Of a DNA stretch of 45,554 bases, positions 21,470 to 35,332 are shown one piece after another. Within the stretch, counting starts at the first letter, position 1. The number at the start of each line of letters is the position of its first letter. Origin of the DNA: Octopus bimaculoides. Taxonomy: Eukaryota. A program made the translations under genes and the position numbers. Where the stretch lies: NCBI RefSeq assembly GCF_001194135.2, contig NC_068990.1, positions 47,577,019 through 47,622,572 on the forward strand, in the 5' to 3' direction. A model generated the notes under the pieces. It searched no databases and had not been told where the DNA came from. It saw only the letters and a list, made by a program, of their open reading frames with translations.

Positions 21470-23575
21470 AGCCTCCTCCAATATGTGGCACTTGAGGGCA
21501 TATCTGAGAGGGCCACTATAAAAAGCAGTGGTCCCAAGACAGTTCTCTGCAGAACACCGCTCACTATTTGTGTTTTCATAGAGGTGGCTCCATTAGCCAC
21601 TTCTGCCTGACTTCTATCTTTCAGAAAGTCATGTAACCACTCTCCAAGTTTTCCAGCTATGCCAAGATCACACAGTTTGTGGCATATCATACCATGATCC
21701 ACTTTGTCAAAAGCTTTTGCAAAATCAAGGTATATTACGTCCACATTTGAGTTGTTGAGTAACTGCCTCAACACCCAGTCATAATGTTGTAAGAGCTGGG
21801 TCAGGCAGCTCCTACCTGGTCGAAAGCCATGTTGGGTATCACTCAGCAAGTTATTTTCTTCAAGGAATGCGATTAGTTTTCCTCGAACTATCCTTTCCAT
21901 GACTTTGCTGATGTGTGAAGTCAGAGAGATAGGCTAATAGCTTTTGGCATCTGCTCTGCTCCCCCCTTTATGGATTGGGCATATTATTCCCTCCTTCAGC
22001 TTGCTTGGCAGTCTGCCATTTGCAAGAAATCTCTGGAAGAGATTCTGGATGGGTTTTGCCACGGCAAGCTTACACGATTTGAGGAGGATTGCTGGGAAAC
22101 CATCAGGACCAGAAGTTGAGTTTGTGTCCACTTCATCTATAGCTAGTAGTACATCTTCGCTAATATTGATGTATTCCATCGTAACTGCCTCACTGGTTAT
22201 AGGGGAGGTAGCAAAGAAGTCCAATGGTTCATTCACTTGTCTGTGTTCCAAAGGGGTGGTGACGACACTTTTGAACTGGTCTTTCAGTACCGCACTGATC
22301 CTAGTTGGACTGCCTGTGAGGGAGCCATCCTTTTCGAAGAGGGCTTCTATCTTGCAGCGTACTGAGGCTGTTTCTTTCGTGTAATGAAAGAAGGCCTTTG
22401 GGTTTGACTTAATGTTTTTTATAACCCAGGCTTCTTTGTCTGCTCTCTCCCTCATATAGGATTGTTGCAGCCTTTTTTCAATCTCCATTAGTGTCGTTTT
22501 TAGGTGGGACCTTTTGCTACTTTTGGGATGCCGGTTGAGTCGATTTGCAACCTTCGTCTATCGCCTCATGAGGATCATCCTCTCCCTTGGAATCTTGTTC
22601 CTATTTGTTTTAGCCTTGTGCTCTGGGACATATTTCTGGCATATAGCTTGCACAATAGACATGAAACATTCTAGTTTCATGTCAATGTCTAGTGTGGAGA
22701 GACATTTTGGTCAGTCCTCTCTGAGGATCGATTTCCAGTCTGCTTTGTGGAAGTTCAGATTGGAGAGATTTTTGGGTGCTTCCTTTAGGCTGTGTGTCTC
22801 TGGTTACTTTCAGCCCAAACATAGACAGCTCTTTTATGTTGTGATCCGAGACTAATGTTGGCGTCACTTTCACATCATGAATGATGTCCATATTGTTTGT
22901 GAAGCAGAGATCCAGAATGTTATTCGCTCTAGTTGGTCTGAGAACAGCTTGCTCCATGAATAGAGCATTGGTGAGGTTGAGTAGGGACTCCACCTGTGCT
23001 TGCTTGCGATGAGTCATTCCTGAGAGTATGAGACCTTCGGGCCATTTGACGTTGGGCAAGTTGAAATCACCCATAAGAAATATGGTCATGTGGTGTTCCA
23101 GTTTCATGAGAATTTCTTTAATTCTTGTGAGGCAATCTACAAATTTGCCTATGTGGTTTGGAGCATCCGGTGGGCAATATATATTGCATATAACTATATT
23201 ATGTTGTCTTATGTATACAATTAGAGTGTCACATACCGAATTTGAGTATGACAGTAAGATCTGGAGTGTGAGGTCGTCACAGATGTATACAGCAACTCCA
23301 CCATGGACCCTTTCCCTTCTGTTTGTTCGCAGTATGACATATTTTGGTACGTGTACTTCTGCATCCTCTATATCAGGGCTGAGGTGAGTTTCCACGAGTG
23401 CTATGCATAGGGCTTGATTGCATGCAGCAAGGTCTCTCAGGATAGAAATTTTGCTTTTATTATAATGCAGCAGGCCCCCAATATTTAGTAAAAATATTGG
23501 CGTGATGACTGTGCAGGTGTTACAGGAGGCCATCCACGTCTGTTGACTGTGGTGGTCTTGCGCAGTGGTGGGCAA
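21470..23575 (-). mobile_element. CR1-like LINE, decayed ORF2 (APE endonuclease + RT), 3'-truncated
   Basis: APE motifs LVETHL, GGVAVYI, MGDFNLP, ILDLCFTN, SDHN (22682-23575); RT motifs GPDGFP, QHGFRPGRSC, YLDFAKAFDKV, GVLQRTVLGPLLF (21451-22488); sequence stops before YADD. Confidence 0.9.
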
Positions 23576-23769
23576 GGTTCCTTGTTTNNNNNNNNNNNNN
23601 NNNNNNNNNNNNNNNNNNNNNNNNNNNNNNNNNNNNNNNNNNNNNNNNNNNNNNNNNNNNNNNNNNNNNNNNNNNNNNNNNNNNNNNAGGAATTAGTTAT
23701 TTAACCTAAAGGTTGAATAAAGAAGATATTTCTTACATATATATATTTATATATAATATATATCATATT

Positions 23770-23985
23770 ATGGGGACATAAACACAGACACACACACACA
23801 CACACATACACACATATATGTATACATATTTTCGATGGGCTTCTTTCAATTTCCGTCTACCAAATCTACTCACAAAGCATGGTCGGCCCGAGGCAATAGC
23901 AGAAGACACATGCCCAAGGTGCCACGCAGTGGGACTGAATCCGGAACCCTGTTGTTGGGAAGCATGCTACTTACCACACAGCCAC
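23770..23985 (-). mobile_element. tRNA-SINE family A head half
   Basis: Matches 17810-17959 and 15590-15720. Confidence 0.8.
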
Positions 23986-24469
23986 CCCCTATATATATAT
24001 ATATTACATGGAAAAATAAAATTGCACTTGTCTTGTATTTCCCTTAAGTCCTTTGTTTCTAATAGAATTCATAGGGATGTCAGTGTTGCATATGGTATAG
24101 GCATTTTTGAACCTGATGGTATCCATCCCTATTCAGGCCTGAACGAAGCCAATTGCTTTCAGAGATAGACAGAAGAACCTGAAAAAAGAAGAATCTTTGT
24201 GCAGGACTGATATTCTATTTATCAACCTCAAAACCCAGTTAAGTAGTCTTATGTCCTTCCCTTTTTTTCTAAGTTGATAAGATGTGATTTGAGAGAAACT
24301 TACCTATTTCCAGCTGATCAGGCTACTGTATAAAGATGACCTCATTAGCTCATGGTCAGCCTTCAAGCAGACCGATGATTAGACATTCTACTCATGAACA
24401 TCCTACCTTTTTCTTTTCTTTTTTTTTTAATAGAGCAAAGAATTTAGTGTACAAGTAGGAGTGACCAGG

Positions 24470-25778
24470 GATTGGTTTTTAGCACCCTCTTGTTTATCAT
24501 AATTCTCCAAGCTATAACAGGAATGCCCTTGGGAGCTCCTCTACACTGATGAACTTGTTCTTATTGCTGAATCACTACCAGAACTAGAGAAGAAATTTCT
24601 GATATAGAAGCAAGGACTTGAATCAAAGGGCCTTAAAGTTAATTTAGCAAAGACCAAAGTCTTGATAAATAGGAAAACTGACAAATCACAGATCTCTTCA
24701 AGTAGACGGCCCTGCTCAATATGTAGAAAAAGTGTCAGTAGAAACTCCGTACAGTGTACTCAGTGCAAGCTATGGACACATAAGAGGTACAGCAGTATCA
24801 CTGGAAGACTAGCAGAGAAAGTAGTCTTTACATGTGGCTGATGTGCAGGTACATTAAACACCAGAAATGTACAAAAAATAGACTTGCTCAAATGTCAGTG
24901 GGGATACTTAGAAGTAGTAGACAGTTTCCATTACTTAGGTAACCAATTTAGTTGCAGTGGAGGTTGTTCCATAAGCATAGCTGCTAGAACAAGAATAGGC
25001 TGGGCTGAGTTCAGAGAGCTACTACCTCTGTTAGTAACAAAGACCTCTCCCTCAGAGTGAAAGGCAGATTGTATGATGCTTGTTTATGAACAGCTATGCT
25101 ACATGACAGTGAAACATGGGCTGTGACAACTGAGGATATGCAAAGGCTTGAAAGAAATGAAGTCAGCATGCTCAACTGGATGGGTAATGTCAGCATGCAT
25201 ATACAGCAGTGTAAATCATTTGAGGAAAAAACTGGGTATACAAGGCATCAGATGTGTGCCAGAGAGAAGACTGCCAGTACAGTCATGTAATGCATATGAA
25301 TGAAGATGGTTGCATCAAGAGGTGCCAATCTCTAATTGTTGAGGGAACATGTGGAAGGAGTAGACTCAGGAAATACAAGTTACATTGGTGAGAAAGGATC
25401 TTCAGACATTGGGTCACACAGAGGGGATAACAGAGGACCAAGACTTTTGGTAGTTTGCTGGACTTGAGAAGACCTGTCAAGCTAAGTAAAATGAAGGTTA
25501 TCCTTGCATACAGACACGTCCCCTACATCCTCTCCAGCTGAACGTTCCTAATTTTATGGGTTCATGAGTGCTGGTACCATGCAAAAAGCACCCATACCAG
25601 TGCCACATAAACACATCCATGCTGGTGCTGCGTAAAAGCACCCAGTTCACTCTGTAAAGTGATTGGCATTAGAAAAGGGATCTAGCCATAGAAACCATGC
25701 CAAAACTGACATGGAGCCTGCAAAGCTCTTCGGCTGGCCAGCATGGAAAACAGATGTTAAATGACGATGATGATGATT
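24470..25778 (+). pseudogene. 5'-truncated RTE LINE (RT C-terminal part with PHD-type Cys/His module, 3'UTR, (GAT)n tail)
   Basis: Degenerate LLYADDL (about 24535-24555), KGLKVNLAKTKVL, CSICRK..CTQCKLWTHKR, LEVVDSFHYLG, MLHDSETWA. Confidence 0.85.
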
Positions 25779-26286
25779 GTGTGTAGGATTACATTTTCCA
25801 ATTCAAAATGTCCCCTTTTTTAAAATTGTAGTGTAAGCTGGGAGATATTTGACTGTTATTTCTAGCCAGTTCAAAGATCACTTGTGAAAACACCCATTAT
25901 TTCCCCAACCACTTCTGCACTGATGCAGCAAGAGTTGACACAATTAGAGCTTTGTAGAGTTTCTTTTCAAAATCCTAACATATTTCATAGATTGCTTGAT
26001 GATTTGGAAACAAGAAAACAAACATCCACCATCAAAGAATCATTTTGTTATATTGCCCCTTGCCACATACACAAATTAAACCAGGAGAGAAAAAGGAGCT
26101 ATTTAAAATATGTTAATTACATCAGCAAAAATATTGTACTTATGTTACCTGTGAACACAAAGGCCTCCAGTGTAAGCATACTTGACTAGTACTTTATTTT
26201 ATTGACCTTGGAAGAGCAATTTGATGCTTGTATACATACATATAGCAATCTTACCTATTTCTATATATTTTACTCCTGTTATATGT

Positions 26287-26332
<46 letters not shown>

Positions 26333-27200
26333 NNNNNNNNNNNNNNNNNNNNNNNNNNNNNNNNNNNNNNNNNNNNNNNNNNNNNNNNNNNNNNNNNNNN
26401 NNNNNNNNNNNNNNNNNNNNNNNNNNNNNNNNNNNNNNNNNNNNNNNNNNNNNNNNNNNNNNNNNNNNNNNNNNNNNNNNNNNNNNNNNNNNNNNNNNNN
26501 NNNNNNNNNNNNNNNNNNNNNNNNNNNNNNNNNNNNNNNNNNNNNNNNNNNNNNNNNNNNNNNNNNNNNNNNNNNNNNNNNNNNNNNNNNNNNNNNNNNN
26601 NNNNNNNNNNNNNNNNNNNNNNNNNNNNNNNNNNNNNNNNNNNNNNNNNNNNNNNNNNNNNNNNNNNNNNNNNNNNNNNNNNNNNNNNNNNNNNNNNNNN
26701 NNNNNNNNNNNNNNNNNNNNNNNNNNNNNNNNNNNNNNNNNNNNNNNNNNNNNNNNNNNNNNNNNNNNNNNNNNNNNNNNNNNNNNNNNNNNNNNNNNNN
26801 NNNNNNNNNNNNNNNNNNNNNNNNNNNNNNNNNNNNNNNNNNNNNNNNNNNNNNNNNNNNNNNNNNNNNNNNNNNNNNNNNNNNNNNNNNNNNNNNNNNN
26901 NNNNNNNNNNNNNNNNNNNNNNNNNNNNNNNNNNNNNNNNNNNNNNNNNNNNNNNNNNNNNNNNNNNNNNNNNNNNNNNNNNNNNNNNNNNNNNNNNNNN
27001 NNNNNNNNNNNNNNNNNNNNNNNNNNNNNNNNNNNNNNNNNNNNNNNNNNNNNNNNNNNNNNNNNNNNNNNNNNNNNNNNNNNNNNNNNNNNNNNNNNNN
27101 NNNNNNNNNNNNNNNNNNNNNNNNNNNNNNNNNNNNNNNNNNNNNNNNNNNNNNNNNNNNNNNNNNNNNNNNNNNNNNNNNNNNNNNNNNNNNNNNNNNN

Positions 27201-27244
<44 letters not shown>

Positions 27245-27247
<3 letters not shown>

Positions 27248-27480
27248 TCATCATTTAATGTCTATCTTTGATGCTAGCATAGATTGACTGGTTTGACAGG
27301 AGTTGGTAAGGCTGTATACTGCACCATGCTCTTTTGTCTGTTTTGACATGGCTTCTACACCTGGATGCCCTTCCTAACACCAACTACTTTACAGAATATA
27401 CTGGATGCTTTTTACATGACACCAGTGCTTTTTTATGTGGCACCGTCTCCAGTGCTTTTTATGTGGCCCCAACATAAAGG
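27245..27480 (-). mobile_element. RTE 3'UTR fragment
   Basis: (CAT)n + TTTAATGTC...GGATGCCCTTCCTAACACCAAC...GTGCTTTTTTATGTGGCACC. Confidence 0.7.
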
Positions 27481-27664
27481 TGATCAAGTTACTTGTAAGA
27501 CAAATCCCCTTCAGCTGGGAGGAAGAGTAGTAGTGAGGGTAGGAGGCCTTGTGCTACATGATGAGAGATTATAGGTATAGAGGGACAGGATTTCCTGTCC
27601 TGCTGTTGAGTAGATACATGAATACTCCAGTATATACATGCACACTTACACACGCACACACATT

Positions 27665-28420
27665 ATGTAGGAAAGGAGTGGGATGTAATTCCATCTGTTG
27701 CACCCAGTGTAAGCTATTGATGCACAAGAAATACAGTAGAATTGCAGGTAGGTTAACAGATAAGGTCGCTTTCGTGTGTGACAGATGTGCAGGAACAATA
27801 AACACTAAGAGCATGAGGGTGAGGGATTTAGACTCTCTCAAATGCCCAGGAGGCTCTCTTGAGGTAGTAGATCATTTCTGTTACTTAGGTGACCAAATTA
27901 GTAATGGTGGTGGATGCTCTGAAAGTATTGTTTCTAGAATAAGAAGAGGATGGAGGAAGTTCATAGAGTTAATACCTCTGTTGGCAACAAAAGGACTGTC
28001 TCTCGGAGTGAAAGGTAGATTGTGTATGAATGGCTATACTCCATGGTAGTGGGACTTGGGCTCTGAATGCGGAGGACATGCGTAGACTAGAGAGGAATGA
28101 AGGTGGTATATTCTGTTGGATTTGCAATATCAGTGTGCATGACTAACAAAGCACAACTGTGTTGAGAGAAAAGTTAGGCATAAGAGGAATTAAATGTGAC
28201 ATGCAGGAGAGGAGAATGTATTGGTTTGGACATGTGATGTGTATGAGTAAAAACAGCTGTATACAGAAGTGTCTGTGGAAGAGGGAGACCCAGGAAAACA
28301 TGGGCTGAAGTGGTGAGGACCAATCTCAGGATGTTAGAGCTCATGGAAGAAATGACAATGGACTGAGATGGTTGGTGATTTGAGGTTCTAGAGAAGACTC
28401 ACCTATGTCGGTGAAACTGA
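27665..28420 (+). pseudogene. 5'-truncated RTE LINE fragment (PHD-type module + RT thumb region)
   Basis: CRKGVGCNSICCTQCKLLMHKKYS...FVCDRCAG, LEVVDHFCYLGDQISNGGGCSES (track ORF 27549-28049). Confidence 0.85.
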
Positions 28421-28849
28421 GTGTTAGAAGTGTTGTGTCCCATCCACAAGTAACAATAAACTTTCCACACAACCTACCCCGAGAAACTGAACTACATCTC
28501 TTCTAAACTGCATTGTTCTCTTGCTCATATTTCCTCTTCGTACACTATGATTGTCTCCCACTCCTCTTCCCTGCTCACTGTATTGCTGCCTCCCCACTAC
28601 CCCATCTTTATACCCAGGTTTTCACCAGTCACTGCAATCCCCACTCCCTACTTGTGCTTTCTTGGCAATACCTGACCATGTATATTATGACTGCCATACC
28701 TTGAGGGCATGCCCTGGCAATTGCCACCATTTATCTCTCTCTTCCTTACTCTGCAGTCACATCTATGTTCTGATTCTTGTTAGTTGTAAATATACCCTGG
28801 TACTTCACCACCATCTCTCTCCTGCTCTCTCTTGCACTTTTGCTATTTC

Positions 28850-29115
28850 CTACCCTTTCTCTCTTTCCCTTGCTCTTCCCTCTGGCTGGGTAGTTATGTA
28901 TCTCCTCAACAGCAGCACACCTGTTTCTGCCCTCATTCTTGACTATTCTCTCTCTCCTTCTTTTGCTTTTCCCTCTGGCTAGGTAACCAAGTATCTCCTT
29001 TACATCAGCACACATGTTTCTGTACTCTTTCTTGTACCCCCCCTCTCTCTCTCTCTATTTCTCTCTCCTCTTTCTCCCTTGCTCTTACTGGGTAACAATG
29101 TACCTCCTCTATGGC
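28850..29115. repeat. CT-rich minisatellite, about 100-bp unit x2.5
   Basis: Repeated CCCT(C)TGGCT(G/A)GGTA..GTATCTCCT..CAGCACAC.TGTTTCTG; lies just after the second RTE fragment. Confidence 0.6.
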
Positions 29116-31629
29116 AGTGAGGTTTAGTAATTGTAACTTTGTAAGTGAAAGGGATACAGTCAGGCCAGCAGCCTAACTTTTGAGTAACAGCAACAGGCTA
29201 TATATTTGTGATGTTAGTAGCAGATTTGATGTGATGTACTTATTATCATTGTTATTAAAATCATTGTAGTAATCCAAATCCAACAAAATTTGTTTGCGAA
29301 ATGCTTCTTATCATGTACAAGTTGATTGTGATAGCACGAGTTAATCACATGAGATGAGTGTGATAGTGAAGTGCTAGAAAACAGGTCAACTTTAAATTTT
29401 AACTCTATACTTCAACTGAAGTAGCTTTCTCAAACACTATTATTTTACAATGTGCATGCATAACATAAAACTTATGATGATAATATATAATGTGTGTGTG
29501 TGTGTATCATTTCTGTAGATGCTTTCCTGCACTTAAAGTAGTTTATATTTCTGGGTAGGTCTCTACTTTAAAATGAAATATATATGTCTGTTTGAGTTCT
29601 TTGACTCTCAGCATTCATTACTAAATATAATATTTAGTTTTTGTTTCCATTTTAAAATAAAATAACTTTTTGTTACTATTTAATCACATTGCTATGTATT
29701 TAATTGTCCAAAATAAATTTCAGTGTATGACACAGTTGAATAAATGATGTTGATGATGATTGGCAGTGACAACAATGGATTTCTTTTGTCTGAAATTTGT
29801 TTACCTCCAGACAGTATGAATTAATGTGAAAAAAATAGCCATTCATCCAGATTTCTTTTAGTATATATTTTTAATGTTACCTTTCCAATTGATATTCTAA
29901 TTGGCCAATTGAAATTCTAATTGACAACAGGATTTATAATGAGAAACATTTCAACTTTCTTACTAGAAATAATGGATGTAAAAGTATTTTCCTTGTGTTG
30001 TGCTTGTCAATAAAGTACATCCTTTTTGTCAGTTTTTACTTGATTTAACATGTTTTTACTCCTACTTCACTTTTGAGTATTAATAAGTTAGATACCTAGC
30101 TATTAAAAGAAAATTTGTTCCAGCAGGATTCATTATAGGAATTTGGTACTAATAAATAAGGTTGCTTAAATTTTTATGTTTACATCAAACAGGAATTGAG
30201 CAATTTTTCACTCCAATCAGTGATTTCTTTTCAAAGAACACCTGGAATGAAATGATTAGGTCAAACAACAGGCTGTTGGGTTCCAAGATGAAAGGATCAA
30301 AATGAGTAAAAATTATCCAAATCATTGAAGAATGTAATGATCATTAAAATAATGATACTGATTTAGATAATGTATCCAAGCATGTGGAACATTTCTTTTA
30401 GATCTTATAGACCACTGAGATTAAGGATAGACATGGAAGGATTAAAATTGTTTCAAGTAAGGTGCAATTGAAAAAAAAAACCATGTGTTAGTGACTTGAA
30501 GGATTTCTACAGGGTAAATGTAATAAAATGAAAACTTATACGTAATATTTCAAAAAGGCTTTTGTGTGAGGCAGATAATGGATAGTGGAATGCAAAATGT
30601 GGACCCAAGTAGAAGTGGCATATAGCTTATTGAAAATAGAAATAACCATATAGTAATGGTAGAAAAGAAAGGAAAAGTAGGGTGTAGTGCACTGATTTCA
30701 AAATCTTTCAGTCAAGCAAATATCATTATTCTGATACCTATGGAAAGTGTTGTAAAATGGGACATGTTCCTAGTTTAAACAGTTCTGTAAGAAACTTCAT
30801 GCTTATTTTGTGAACTGGTTAATAATTTTGGTTAATCTAGCAATTCCTATTTTTAACTTTTCACAAAAGGAAAATAACAATGGAGATAAATTATTGATCA
30901 TCTCAGATATTTCCCAACAGATCAATATAGCTGAGCTGGGTTGTACTTTATTGACCTTTAAGAAAAAAATGTTAGCAGTTGCTCATACATATGAATGGCA
31001 GTAGCATAGCTGAACGGTGATGTCCACCGCCAGGCAGTGTTTTTATGGTAGCAGCACTTTCAGGTCTGCAGTATAATCTTGTTTACACTTAGAGACCCTG
31101 TGGGGTTCACACTCAAGAGCTGCTTTGGGTAGTATTTACACTAGCTTCACCACTGATGGAGTTATGACCAGCATACCAAAGATGATGTAATTGAAATATT
31201 GGTCAGTGTGATAGCTCTTTGGAAATAGAGAAGCTACATAAAATGTTAAACTTAATGTTAATACTCATTTACATTGTTCTTTAACTAGTTTCAATCACTA
31301 GACTGCAGCCATGCTAGGCACTGTCTTCAAAGACTTAGTCATATCAAACACTAATCCTTTTTTGTAGGTTTGGTTACCAAACTTCATTTGTTTCATCTCT
31401 CAGATTTCACTCACAAAGTGCTGGTCAAACTAAGGCTTCAGTAGAAGGAAGTTACCTAAGATGCCACATAGAAGGATTGAACCTAAAGTGACATGATTTC
31501 AAAGCACATTCATGCCAGCATCATTATTTGAATCTGTTTTACTTTAAAAAAACCTTGAACACATTTTAATGAATATTTCATAATGCTAATATTAGTTAAA
31601 CTGACCTGTCTGCCAAATTTAACATTTAC

Positions 31630-31684
<55 letters not shown>

Positions 31685-31929
31685 TACAATAGCTCGTTAT
31701 TGAGAATTTTCTTTGCATTATCTGGGTTAAATGTTTCTGTCATAGGGGACCATTTCCATATTAATTGATACCACTCTTCAAGTAAAATAAAGGGAGAAGC
31801 TGATAGAATTAATTACCTTGTCTAAGAACATGATACACCCACTTACAATAGAATACAAATACCTAAAAGCACATTTGCTAATATCTTAATTCAAAATGGT
31901 TTAGAATTAATGAAAAAAAGGTATTGGAG

Positions 31930-32751
31930 GGGTGATGCATACCCTGCATGCAGATAAATTTTTTTGCGATTTATTGTGTGGCTTACAATGCATTGCTTAA
32001 TCATGCTTTTTAATTGAACTAAATTTTATTTTTTTTTTTTTTTTAATGTCACCATTATAGGTATTTATACTCTGGTGAAATTAAGAAATCAACTTGTAAA
32101 TAAACAAAACTCTCGAATCCATCAGTGTACACACACACACAGAGTCACATATCTATTTTTGCATGTATGTATGTATGTACGCACATGTGTCTATGTGCAT
32201 AAGTACACCATGATCTATACACACGCAGACGAAAAAGAAAGTGAACAAAATAATATGACCACTTGCTTATTTGAAAATTTGTAAGTTTGATTTAAAAAAA
32301 ATTTTTTAAAGTATCACCATTATAAGTATTTATATTCTAGTGAAATTAAGAAATCAAGTCATAAATAACCAAAACCCTAAGATCTATCACTGTACACGCG
32401 CACACACACACACACATGCATGTACACACAGTCACATATCTATGTATGTATGTATATATGTACGTATCTATGTGTATGTACCATTATCTATGCAGATGAG
32501 GGTCAATGCATATGAAAAAGAAAGTGAACAAAATAATATCACCACTTGCTTATTGGGAAATTTGCAAGTTTGATTTTTTTTTTTTAAAGATAAACTAAAT
32601 TTTCATCATTTTGAGCCACTCACCAAATGAGTATTTCTACCAAATGTGGTGAAAATCTGTTCAGCTGTTTTCCAGTAAGTTTTCAAACACACAGACAAAC
32701 AGACAAAGTCGAGTGATAATACCCTGCTTTTGCTTACGTGCACAGGGTAAT
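31930..32751 (-). mobile_element. Helentron-associated (HINE/DINE-1-like) non-autonomous element with internal 270-bp tandem duplication
   Basis: Short subterminal inverted motifs TACCCTG/CAGGGTA (31940-31946, 32720-32727, 32743-32749), GTCTGTTTGTCTG microsatellite and GAACAGATTTTCACCACATTTGG core; duplicated units about 32045-32305 and 32310-32585. Confidence 0.5.
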
Positions 32752-34051
32752 TGTATGTGTACTTCATCTCAAAGAATTCATTTAATCTTTACCATCAAAT
32801 TCTTACCGTATAAGCTAGTGTATAAAATGCACTTCTTTTATTCTTAAATGTAACAAAAAATTGCCATACATCTAATGCAACTGTATTACAAATGTAATAC
32901 CAAGTGTATGATGAAACATTATATTTGTATTTTCCAAAAAAAGGTAGGGGCTTATCTTATGTGAGAGTGCATCTTATCCACCAACAAATTCAGTAAATCG
33001 TCAATTTTAAATATATAGCAGCCTAAACTAAGTTTTATCTCAAGCCACCAATCTGAAGAACTATATTCAAGGAAGTCAGAAAACTTCTCTGTAGATGCTT
33101 GTCTTGTAAAATGTAACAACTAAATTCCCATTTACAAACACCCTCACATTTTCAGTATGATGTCAATAAGTTTTATTTGTTCATAACAATCAGAGCCAAT
33201 AATGACATGCTTCCAAAATAAAGATGAGTTGGCAACAACTACAAACATCAATCAAATGTCCAACATAAGCACACTGATTAAGATAATTCAATTAAAACTA
33301 CAATCATGTATCTAAAAGAACATATTATATGTTCATTGATATTGCATACTCTTCACACAAACTACAACTGGATGTAATTGATAGTCAGATAGTAGCATCA
33401 CTCAACCATTGTCCATACTCAGAAGATCTTTGCAGATCTTCTGTCTTCATATCTACTCTATTTCTGCTACTAGTATGTTTCTCATAATCTGAGCAACCAT
33501 ACAGATGTTATATGAAGCATGTGTGTGTGGGATCATAAATTGTTATATAACCAATAGGCCACAATCAACCCAACTCCCTTTACTCATTGCAAATCTACTG
33601 CATCCACATCTACTTTTTCTTCTACTACACTAAAGTCTATCTATGATATCTGCATTTTTTTCACTGGAACAATATCTAACTGCATTTTTTTTTCACTATA
33701 ATAATATTTGATAGTCACTGTATTATCATGCTGTCTAAAAGTGTCAGACCTGATTTTGATTCTTACTTCATTGTCACAGTATAATTGTTGTCTGATGTAT
33801 TTAGAACTGTAATGAAAAAGAATCTGATAATTGAAACCATGTCACCATGCATTCTTTTCTGAAACATTGTAAAACTAACTGGATATATACATATATCCAT
33901 GTGTGTCAATATATGTATATATTTGTTTATTGGAAGCTGAAACTTCCCTTTAGAGCTACTCTCAGTGAGAAGTTTCAACTTCAAAGATTAATAAACTCCG
34001 CTGTTTGCACCAAGTATACTTCCCTCTGTTTGTAAATTCATCTCTCTCTCA

Positions 34052-34107
<56 letters not shown>

Positions 34108-34120
34108 NNNNNNNNNNCAC

Positions 34121-34167
<47 letters not shown>

Positions 34168-34170
<3 letters not shown>

Positions 34171-35332
34171 GACAGAAGTAAATAGACACCCTTATAATCG
34201 TTAAAATTTATTTAAATCTGAAATTATACATTTAAATCATGTGTGAATTATTACAATGTGAATATCTAATATTTAGTAGACATGCCCTTTGCATTTTTCA
34301 GTGCAAGGATCTTATGAGGCATGCTACTGATCAGATGACAAATATTCTCTTAACAAATTTCATGCCAAGTTTCATGCAGTAATCTCAAAAGATCTGACTT
34401 TGAGAATGCCTTCTTGTTCTTTTTACAAAGTGTCCTGTACATTATGCCCAAGAGGTGTTCTATAGAGTTCATACTTGGTGACTGGCTTGGCTATGGAAGC
34501 TTTCTAATGCCATTCTCTTCCAACCAATCTTGAATCTTTTTAGCTGTATGACAAGGAGCCTCCTCTTCCATAAAGAGAGAGTCTTCTTTAATCATTTCAC
34601 CTCTGGAGAAGATTGGAAGGAGTACTTTCTGCAATACGGACACTTATTTATCTGAGTTTATCTTTCCCTCACATTCCACCAGCTCTGATTGACCATTGCT
34701 CTAAATTGCTCCCCAAACCATCACATGGTTGTTGGCTGCAACCTTTTCACATCAATCTCTTGATCATAGAGTCTCCAGACCCACACTCGGCCCTGTCAAA
34801 AAATATAGCAAATCTGGACTCATCAGGGAATGTGACAGTGTCCCAAAATGCTAGTGACCTCTCCACCATCTTACTGGCCCAATCTTTTCTCCGCTTCATA
34901 TTGGCTGGTTGAAGAAGTGACTTCCTTCTTACTGCTCTGCCATAGTAGCCAAGTTTGTGAAGATACCTGACAGCTGTTCTGGAACTGACATCAACATATT
35001 TTGCTATCCTCCACATTCTCTTAACAAAGCCCTGATTGACCTGGGCAAAGTAATGTGGATTCCTTCCCCTATTAACTCTATTAACTGTAGAAAGTGGGAT
35101 CCCAATGTTTTCTTCGATTTTATGTTGACTAAATCCACCTTCAGATTGACCCACAATATGACCTTTTTGAAATTTGGACAGTTCCAATGCTTCTTTTGTA
35201 CATCGCATGATTAAACAGTCAGATATAGAACCTGAAACATAAAAATGTCAATTAATAAGAAATATAAACGTTTTCAAGTTAAAATAAACATAAAAACGAT
35301 GTTTTATGGGGTGTCTATTTACTTCTGTCGTG
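34168..35332 (-). mobile_element. Tc1-family DNA transposon, decayed and internally deleted
   Basis: 24-bp perfect TIRs CACGACAGAAGTAAATAGACACCC (34168-34191, 35309-35332); transposase remnants MRCTKE...HIVG...IPLSTVNRV (HTH), FPDESRF, MEEEAPCHTA (QDNAPCH-like), PSQSPSMNSIEHL. Confidence 0.9.

Noticed and set aside
24050-24200. ATAGGGATG/CATCCCTAT stem with CTGAA and GAAAC nearby
   Set aside because: Core does not read CUGANGA on either strand and GAAA is not adjacent to the stem.
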